From Alphaproteobacteria bacterium (GTDB taxonomy: Bacteria > Pseudomonadota > Alphaproteobacteria > Sphingomonadales > Sphingomonadaceae), in assembly GCA_020249025.1 (NCBI GenBank), contig JADCGM010000171.1:1-31948 (forward strand): DNA of 31,948 nucleotides, given 5' to 3'. Position 1 is the first letter of the stretch; each line of letters opens with the position of its first letter. Below, piece after piece: positions 1 to 5,901 of the stretch. The position numbers and the translations under genes are program-made. The notes under the pieces were generated by a model, which worked only from the letters and a program-made list of their open reading frames with translations, was not told the origin of the DNA and did not search any database.

Positions 1-4
1 ATGC

Positions 5-79
<75 letters not shown>

Positions 80-91
80 CTAAGCCTGATT

Positions 92-120
92 TTCCTAGGG
101 TTTGAGCGACTTCCGGTCAA
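92..120 (-). promoter_or_regulatory. sigma70-like promoter for tRNA-Thr
   Basis: TTGACC (120-115), 17 nt spacer, TAGGAA (97-92), 12 nt upstream of the tRNA 5' end. Confidence 0.5.
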
Positions 121-161
121 CGCATGATGCGAACAATGCGCAAACGGCATCGGTTCGCGAA

Positions 162-189
162 GGCACACAAGGGGGCACAGTTTGTGCCC
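162..189. repeat. GGCACA repeats, candidate integrase arm-type sites
   Basis: GGCACA at 162-167 and 174-179, inverted TGTGCC at 183-188; GGGCACA/TGTGCCC is a 7 bp inverted repeat; located about 80-110 bp from the tRNA. Confidence 0.35.
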
Positions 190-218
190 GGTCCGTTCTC
201 ACGCTAGACCGCCCATCG

Positions 219-353
219 ATGGCGACCGCAAACACTCCCGAAGCGGAGGCCGCACTGGCGGCCGCCATGGCCCGTGCCGGCATCAAGCCAGCTGCCCGCA
301 AGCCGATCGGCGGTACGCAACGCAACTGGACGCTTGCTCCCCGGCCGTGCTGA
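219..353 (+). CDS. small hypothetical protein (44 aa)
   Basis: ATG at 219 (MATANTPEAEAALAAAMARAG...); its stop overlaps the next GTG start; no clear RBS. Confidence 0.25.
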   Translation: MATANTPEAEAALAAAMARAGIKPAARKPIGGTQRNWTLAPRPC

Positions 354-604
354 ACGATCAGCTCTATCCCGAGATCCCTGATGGCTTGCCGACCGAGCAG
401 CTGCAGGCACTTTGCCGGCGCTGGTCGACCTTTCGTGTTCAAATCCGGCGCGACGGCGACCTGGTCACCTGCCAAGCCGGGACTGACGACTGCCGGCCGA
501 AGTGGTCATCGCCAATCAAGGATGGCGACGTCCAGGCCGCGCGCCAGCGGGCAGCAAAGCACGCGGTCGACTACTGGCGCGGCGCTACGATCAGAGCCCA
601 CTGA
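347..604 (+). CDS. hypothetical protein (85 aa)
   Basis: GTG at 347 overlapping the previous stop; protein-like composition (LNDQLYPEIPDGLPTEQLQALCRRW...); convergent with the Dam-like gene, 14 nt overlap. Confidence 0.35.
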   Translation: MLNDQLYPEIPDGLPTEQLQALCRRWSTFRVQIRRDGDLVTCQAGTDDCRPKWSSPIKDGDVQAARQRAAKHAVDYWRGATIRAH

Positions 605-1451
605 ACAGCCCGCGGCCCGAAGGCTCGTCGAGCGCCTCCTGCGGAAGGTTCGAGATGATGAGCTCGCCAAAGGCCCGGCCTTCCCCGAGCATCCTCGTCG
701 CGATGTGGTAGACGACGTCGACCTCACGCATCGCAAAGCCGTCGAAGATCTCCCGCACCTCAGGCCGGTCATTGATCGACAGGATGAAGCACCCCTTCAG
801 CTCGCGCAGCTGGGCTGCCATCCGGGCAAAGTCGTCGGGCGAGAAGACGCCGTCCCCATAATCATCCTCGCAGCCCCAGTAAGGCGGATCGAGATAGAAA
901 AGGGTGTCGGCGTGATCGTACTTCGTGATGAAGACGTCGTAGCCCAGGCACTCGATCGTCACGCTCGACAACCGCGTGTGTGCCGCCTCGAGCATCGGGA
1001 CGAGCTTCGTCAGATCGAAGCCGGCCTGTGACCGGACGTCGACGCCGAAGGTGCGGCCCTTCACCTTCCCGCCCCAAGCAAGGCGCTGCAGGTAGAGGAA
1101 CCGCCCAGCCCGCTCGAGGTCCGTGCGGGTTGCAGGATCGACCTGCATCAGCCGCTCGAACTCGGCCCGCGAGGACAGCTGCCACTTCAGCGTGTCGAGG
1201 AACTGCGGATAGTGCCGCTGCAGGATCCGGAAGAGCGTCGCGACGTCGCGCGAGATGTCATTGATGACCTCGACGCTCGGCTTCAGCTCGCGGCGGAAGA
1301 ACATGCCGCCGGCGCCGACGAAGGGCTCGGCATAGCAGCGGTGAGGCACGCTCTCGATGATCGGGACGATTCGGCCTGCAAGGTTGCGCTTGCCGCCAAT
1401 GTAGCCGGCGAGGGGCAGCGCCCTGGGCGCCGGCGTGAAGCAATTCTCCAT
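591..1451 (-). CDS. DNA adenine methyltransferase, Dam/D12 class (alpha group)
   Basis: N-terminal GYIGGK, motif I EPFVGAGG, VINDIS, motif IV LFYLDPPY; typical orphan prophage methylase near the lysis end. Target sequence cannot be read from the sequence. Confidence 0.93.
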   Translation of the reverse strand: MENCFTPAPRALPLAGYIGGKRNLAGRIVPIIESVPHRCYAEPFVGAGGMFFRRELKPSVEVINDISRDVATLFRILQRHYPQFLDTLKWQLSSRAEFERLMQVDPATRTDLERAGRFLYLQRLAWGGKVKGRTFGVDVRSQAGFDLTKLVPMLEAAHTRLSSVTIECLGYDVFITKYDHADTLFYLDPPYWGCEDDYGDGVFSPDDFARMAAQLRELKGCFILSINDRPEVREIFDGFAMREVDVVYHIATRMLGEGRAFGELIISNLPQEALDEPSGRGLFSGL

Positions 1452-1600
1452 TTACTATTTCCCACGACATTCCCCTCTGCCCGGGTACCGGGTGCGGGGC
1501 GGCCAGACTTGGCCAGTTGAAGCCGTGGCGGGTGCATACCGTCAGTTCGCCGCATGCCAGTGCGGCGGCCCCCGCCGGCCGTTTGGCCGGCGGAGGACTT
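1452..1600 (-). other. multi-hairpin non-coding leader of the Dam-like gene
   Basis: Five consecutive stems: 1569-1596 (12 bp with one G-U), 1548-1567 (7 bp), 1526-1544, 1501-1514 (5 bp), 1480-1492 (5 bp); no credible ORF. Confidence 0.45.
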
Positions 1601-1624
1601 GAACGCGATCGGAACTGGCGAAGC

Positions 1625-1843
1625 TCAGTCGTGCTCGCCGGCCGCGATCTCGGCCTTGATCGTCTTCTTCTCCTTGCGAGCGATCAGCGCGCCGCCGACG
1701 ACGGCCGCGCCGAGGTTGATCGCCATCGCATGCGCCGGGAAGAGCGACGACAAAACGACGGCGGCCACCGGCGCGCCGCCAGCGCCAGCGATCGTCGACG
1801 GCTCGATCAGGCGACGGCCGAGCTTCTTGAGGAACTTTGACAT
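1625..1843 (-). CDS. holin-like small membrane protein (72 aa)
   Basis: RBS GGGAG before ATG 1843; basic N-terminus, EPST motif, two hydrophobic segments, basic C-terminal RKEKK; downstream of the endolysin once the IS is removed. Confidence 0.6.
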   Translation of the reverse strand: MSKFLKKLGRRLIEPSTIAGAGGAPVAAVVLSSLFPAHAMAINLGAAVVGGALIARKEKKTIKAEIAAGEHD

Positions 1844-1901
1844 ATGGACTCCCATGGCTCAGGCCGCGCGGAGCCGACCCGGCGCGCGGTCAAGTATCCC
1901 G

Positions 1902-1910
1902 ATGGTCGGA
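1902..1910. repeat. target-site duplication, left copy (ATGGTCGGA)
   Basis: Identical to 4435-4443 and abuts the left TIR. Confidence 0.85.
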
Positions 1911-1935
1911 GGGATCTATATACATTCGTGACCCG

Positions 1936-1964
1936 TTGACGTGGGTCATTTAATCACCTATGTT
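1936..1964 (+). promoter_or_regulatory. transposase promoter
   Basis: TTGACG (1936-1941), 17 nt, TATGTT (1959-1964); the -35 is bracketed by inverted repeat TGACCC (1929-1934)/GGGTCA (1943-1948). Confidence 0.65.
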
Positions 1965-1990
1965 GCTCTGGCGAGATTGGAGCGCATCCG

Positions 1991-2902
1991 GTGACAATGC
2001 AGTTCGACACCCTATTCCAGATGATGGCGGCGTTCCCCGACGAGCAGTCGGCGATTGACCATTTCACTGCGATCCGGTGGAAGGACGGCGCGTTCTGCCC
2101 GTTGTGCGGCTCGACGAAGGTCTATCACTTTTCGGACAAGCGCACGCATAAGTGCGGCGACTGCCGCAAGCGCTTCTCCATCAAGGTCGGCACTGTTTTC
2201 GAGGACAGCAAGATCGAGCTGCGCAAGTGGCTCATCGCGATCTGGCTGATCACGTCGCACAAGAAGGGTATCGCATCGACGACGCTCGCGAAGGACCTTG
2301 GCGTAACGCAGAAGACCGCGTGGTTCATGCTTCATCGCCTGCGCCATGCGGCCCGCACCCAGTCGTTCAGCAAGCCGCTGGATGGTGAGGTCGAGATTGA
2401 TGAGACCTACGTCGGCGGCAAGGCGCACAACCGCCACAAGGGCGACCCCAAGAACGGCCCCGGCACGTCGGGCAAGACGGGCGTAATTGGCGCTATCAGC
2501 CGAGGCGGTCAGGCTGTCGCCACAGTCATTGACCGTCCGGACACTCAGACGCTCGACAGCTTCGCCCACGCCGTTGTTTCGCCGGACGCTGCCCTTGTCG
2601 CCACCGACGAGCATTCCGGCTACCGCCACCTTGGCCGGACGTTCAACCACGGCATCGTGCGCCACAGCGCGGGCGAGTTTCGCAAGGGCGACGCGCACAC
2701 AAATTCGATCGAAGGCTTTTGGTCGCTGCTAAAGCGCCAGATCATCGGCATTCACCACTGGATCAGCCCCAAGCATCTCCAGCGCTATGTTGACGAGGCG
2801 ACTTGGCGCTTCAACCTGCGGGAGATCGCCGAAGGCGAGCGTGTGAACTCTCTTCTGGCGAGCGCCGAGGGGCGGCTTCCTTACAAGGTGCTTATCGCAT
2901 GA
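1991..2902 (+). CDS. tnp: IS1595-family DDE transposase
   Basis: Zn ribbon CPLCGS...KCGDCRKRFS, HTH region, VEIDETYVGG, VATDEHSGY, HTNSIEGFWSLLKR; GGAG 8 nt before the GTG start. Confidence 0.96.
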   Translation: MTMQFDTLFQMMAAFPDEQSAIDHFTAIRWKDGAFCPLCGSTKVYHFSDKRTHKCGDCRKRFSIKVGTVFEDSKIELRKWLIAIWLITSHKKGIASTTLAKDLGVTQKTAWFMLHRLRHAARTQSFSKPLDGEVEIDETYVGGKAHNRHKGDPKNGPGTSGKTGVIGAISRGGQAVATVIDRPDTQTLDSFAHAVVSPDAALVATDEHSGYRHLGRTFNHGIVRHSAGEFRKGDAHTNSIEGFWSLLKRQIIGIHHWISPKHLQRYVDEATWRFNLREIAEGERVNSLLASAEGRLPYKVLIA

Positions 2903-3444
2903 ATGCTGGATCGCCTCGAAATCCTCCCTTCGCCCTAGATATGGACTTTGACGAAGCGTTACGGCGCTTTATCAAAACAGACCCGCGTGAGTTGCGCGGG
3001 GATACCGCAATGGCAACCGGGGGAGGCGCAACCCAGATGCTCACATGGTCCAAGAAGCTCTCGCAGACTGACGCCCAACAGCCGACGAGCGGTGGTATCG
3101 TTCCGTATCTCCGGCTCATCAGGGGCAGCCTGGGCAAGGAGAACTTTCAGACGTGGTTCCGAACCAATTTCTTCGACAATTTGGCATGGAAGCCCGGCAG
3201 CGTCGGCCAAGAGACCGGCGTCGAGGTTGCTGATGTGACGTTCGATGTGACGCTCAATGGCGTCAACATCGGCCAATATACGTTGATGGTTTCACACGGC
3301 CCGAATCGCCAAGTGAACAACAACACCCCCAACACTTGGCTTCATTGGGGTCCGTTGCAGCCGATCCTAAGCAAGAACAATTTCACGGGGCGTCGAGCGC
3401 TGCTTACGCGGCGTCCGGACGGCACCTACAGTCTGGCAATTTGA
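2899..3444 (+). CDS. IS passenger: short IS1595-associated peptide fused in frame to a putative B3/EcoRII-N-like DNA-binding domain (alternative start 3037)
   Basis: ATG overlaps the transposase stop (ATGA); second ATG at 3037 with GGGGAGG upstream; WSKKLSQTDAQ resembles the KxLS/TxxD start of B3-like domains. Fold assignment is inference. Confidence 0.7.
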   Translation: MNAGSPRNPPFALDMDFDEALRRFIKTDPRELRGDTAMATGGGATQMLTWSKKLSQTDAQQPTSGGIVPYLRLIRGSLGKENFQTWFRTNFFDNLAWKPGSVGQETGVEVADVTFDVTLNGVNIGQYTLMVSHGPNRQVNNNTPNTWLHWGPLQPILSKNNFTGRRALLTRRPDGTYSLAI

Positions 3445-4293
3445 CGCTTGGCCAGCGCTCGGTCCGACTGCCCAGCGGATCGCGGCGTCGAATTGGTCTT
3501 GGCGCTGCCATCCCACCTTGCGCGTTTCGCAGCCGCTAATCGCATGTAGCCGCTGCTCGGCGACTGCAAGGAGGTCGATCGTGCCCGCCTTGAACTCTTC
3601 AACACCATCATTGATTTCAATGCCGATGGCGTTGCGGCCTTCCGTCGCTGCGGCGACAAGGAAGCTGCCGGAGCCGAAGGCATTGTCGAGCACTAGGTCG
3701 CCGGGGTCGCTGTAGGTCCGAACCAGATACTGGCCGAGCCCGACCGGCTTCTGAGTCGAGTGATAGACGCGCCCCTCGCTTTCGGCGGTCTTGTAATAAA
3801 CTACATCGGTTGGATAGCGCCCGCCCTCCGACTTGATGTGTGCCGGCCGGAAGTCGCCGTATGAGCCGGTGAGCTGGGCCTTGCGAACGCCCTTATCGTA
3901 GGCCTCGCCTTCGCCCATCTGTGGGTTGTAGGTGGGTTGCTTGGGGTAGAAGACGCAGATGTCCTCGTGGCGACGGAGCGGCTGACGCTTCGCGTTAAGG
4001 AAGTTGGTGGGCTTCGATTTCACCCACGTGATCTTGTATTTGAACCAGTCTTCCTTGCTACAAATCAGCTTGGCCGTGAATGGCCCCTGCGAGGTGAGAA
4101 GGATCGCGCCGCTGGGCGCAAGTATGCGCTCATACTGCTGCCACAGATCGTCGAGCGGGATAAGGCTATCCCAGCGGTTCTGCGTCACACCATAAGGTAG
4201 ATCACAGAGGATCAGGTTGACCGAGCCGTCCGGCACAAACGCCAGCGCATCTAGGCAGTCCGCTTCCAGTAGCGCCACACGGGGGATAGCCAT
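3367..4293 (-). CDS. IS passenger: site-specific DNA methyltransferase, N6A/N4C beta class
   Basis: Motif IV ILCDLPYG precedes motif I DLVLDNAFGSGS; HSTQKPVGL; ATG 4293 with GAGGT RBS preferred over TTG 4338. Confidence 0.92.
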   Translation of the reverse strand: MAIPRVALLEADCLDALAFVPDGSVNLILCDLPYGVTQNRWDSLIPLDDLWQQYERILAPSGAILLTSQGPFTAKLICSKEDWFKYKITWVKSKPTNFLNAKRQPLRRHEDICVFYPKQPTYNPQMGEGEAYDKGVRKAQLTGSYGDFRPAHIKSEGGRYPTDVVYYKTAESEGRVYHSTQKPVGLGQYLVRTYSDPGDLVLDNAFGSGSFLVAAATEGRNAIGIEINDGVEEFKAGTIDLLAVAEQRLHAISGCETRKVGWQRQDQFDAAIRWAVGPSAGQASNCQTVGAVRTPRKQRSTPREIVLA

Positions 4294-4434
4294 AACGACC
4301 TCGCTTGCCAGAGCCGAAACGTCGGCGTCGGTAAGCAAGGATAGGTTAACCCATTCTGAGCGCTAGAGAATTTTTCCCGGCGTTTTCTGAGAGTTGGTCG
4401 ATTTTCGGATGGGTCACAGAGATATATAGCCACC

Positions 4435-4443
4435 ATGGTCGGA
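4435..4443. repeat. target-site duplication, right copy (ATGGTCGGA)
   Basis: Identical to 1902-1910 and abuts the right TIR. Confidence 0.85.
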
Positions 4444-4610
4444 GGGAAGCGGGGCCGGCTGCGCCGGCTCAAACCCATTGATTCGCTTCGGTAAGAAACT
4501 GCCGCTCGCAGCCGCGCGTTCTCCGCGCGATCCCCGAGGCAGTGGGATCGTGTCGTGCGGGCCGCGCCGCACCCCCTAAGGGCGCGGCCCGCTAGTCCGT
4601 TTGAGTCGCC

Positions 4611-5117
4611 TCAGGCGAGCTCGAAGTGAGGACTGTCGCTTTCACCGCGCTCGCGCGGCTTGCCATCCTTGTCCCAGTCAGCGCCCCAGCGAACACTGAC
4701 AGGCGCATGGCCATCCTTCGCGCGGCGCTCGTTGACGATCGCGGTCGCCTTCTCGATCGCCTTGGCGACCAGATCGAACGGCTTCGTCTCCTTCCAGTCG
4801 TAGGGCGCAGGAAGGAGGTCGACAGCGTGACCGTAGCCGTCGGCCTGCTTTACGTGCTTCGAGGCCAGCGGATCGCGGAGCCAGGTCACGCGCGCCTCGC
4901 CCGGCCGAGCGTACTTTTCGGGCACGCCCATAGCCCGGCAGTGCGCCGCGGTGCGCCCCTTTCCGAAGTACTCCCAGCACTTCTCGCGGGTGCGGACACC
5001 CTCGACGACCATGAAGTCGACCTCGCTGACGCCGATCGCCGTCTCGACGATCTCGACCAGGACCGGATGCACGTCAGTCAGACGCTTCTTGGACTTCTCG
5101 CTCAGTACGAAAGCCAT
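4611..5117 (-). CDS. endolysin, M15-family Zn peptidase (T5-like L-Ala-D-Glu peptidase type)
   Basis: LSEKSKKRLTDVHP start, EGVRT, SKH, HAVD, RWGADW, DSPHFEL motifs. Confidence 0.92.
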   Translation of the reverse strand: MAFVLSEKSKKRLTDVHPVLVEIVETAIGVSEVDFMVVEGVRTREKCWEYFGKGRTAAHCRAMGVPEKYARPGEARVTWLRDPLASKHVKQADGYGHAVDLLPAPYDWKETKPFDLVAKAIEKATAIVNERRAKDGHAPVSVRWGADWDKDGKPRERGESDSPHFELA

Positions 5118-5131
5118 CGTTCTCTCCCATG

Positions 5132-5155
5132 AAAAAGGGCGGCCTGAGCCGCCCT
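5132..5155 (-). terminator. intrinsic terminator immediately upstream of the endolysin
   Basis: Minus strand AGGGCGGC-TCAG-GCCGCCCT followed by T-run (TTTTT including the stem T). Confidence 0.7.
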
Positions 5156-5180
5156 GCTGATCTCTCGATTTTGCGGCCCG

Positions 5181-5336
5181 TCAGGCCTTGGGCTCGACGT
5201 CTCGCGCTAGCGCCAACGGGCGCTCGATCTGCCCGAGCTTGGCCATCGCATCGGCGATGCCCTTGCCGATCGGAGCGCGGGTGCCGTCGACGAACGCCTT
5301 GGCCAGATGACGGCCGACTTCCTTGCGATCGCTCAT
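5181..5336 (-). CDS. hypothetical protein (51 aa, MSDRKEVGRHLAKAFVDGTRAPIGKGIADAMAKLGQIERPLALARDVEPKA)
   Basis: Not in the supplied ORF track; ATG overlaps the upstream stop (ATGA), GC-type codon usage, fills the gap before the terminator. Confidence 0.6.
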   Translation of the reverse strand: MSDRKEVGRHLAKAFVDGTRAPIGKGIADAMAKLGQIERPLALARDVEPKA

Positions 5337-5812
5337 CCCACGGGCTCCTCTTCGTTGTGGATCTGCGCCTCGATCGGCTCGAAGGTCCGAGCCAGCTCTG
5401 TCACCTTGTCGGCCGGCAGCTTCATCAGCTGCGCGAGCGACATGATCGAGGCCATGAAGTTCTTCAGGTCGTGCGTGCGCTGGCGCTGGACGTCGTCGAG
5501 GCGCTTGCCCATCGACGACATCTGGTTGGCGCAGTGCTGTCGCTCGCGCGCCATATCCTCGGCGTGCTTCTCGTGAGCCTGCGCGATCGCCTGCTGGTGC
5601 GCCGCGTTCTGTTCGAAGACGCCGCGTGTCAGCGTCTCGTTGAGCGCCGCCAGCGAGGTCGCGAGGCTGACCTCGGCATCGGTGTCAACCTTGCGGTCGG
5701 CACTGCTCTGGCTGCGGAAGTGGCGGACCGTTGCGAAGAACGCGGCCAGCCCTCCGCCGGCGCCCAGGAGCGAGATGAGCGCAAGAGCGAGCTGCATGTG
5801 TTCGCTGGTCAA
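5333..5812 (-). CDS. lysis-region membrane protein (N-terminal TM helix plus coiled coil; holin/antiholin-like)
   Basis: Hydrophobic LALALISLLGAGGGLAAFFATV followed by a helical soluble domain; lies between tail fibre and endolysin. Confidence 0.7.
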   Translation of the reverse strand: MTSEHMQLALALISLLGAGGGLAAFFATVRHFRSQSSADRKVDTDAEVSLATSLAALNETLTRGVFEQNAAHQQAIAQAHEKHAEDMARERQHCANQMSSMGKRLDDVQRQRTHDLKNFMASIMSLAQLMKLPADKVTELARTFEPIEAQIHNEEEPVG

Positions 5813-5901
5813 CGTGTGCCCCCCGCTGGTGGCTGATGCGGCCGCCCGGGTTAGGGCGGCGTCAGGTTGCCGTTATGGATTGCGAGCGGTGCTGCCGCTG
5901 A

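Larger units (their letters stand above)
1911..4434 (+). mobile_element. IS1595-family insertion sequence with passenger genes (ISNwi1-like ends), 2524 bp
   Basis: Left TIR GGGATCTATATACATTCGTGACCC (1911-1934) versus reverse complement of right TIR GGTGGCTATATATCTCTGTGACCC (4411-4434), 17/24 identical; flanked by direct repeat ATGGTCGGA at 1902-1910 and 4435-4443; encodes an IS1595 transposase. Confidence 0.92.

Noticed and set aside
80-600. Integrase or excisionase next to the tRNA
   Set aside because: No tyrosine or serine recombinase motifs in any frame; the small ORFs show no recognisable HTH.
1452-1624. Mu Com-like zinc-finger activator upstream of the methylase
   Set aside because: No Cys-rich ORF on the minus strand in this interval.
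2899-4293. Complete type II restriction-modification system inside the IS
   Set aside because: No nuclease catalytic motif is visible in the 135-181 aa partner; kept only as a methylase plus putative binding domain.
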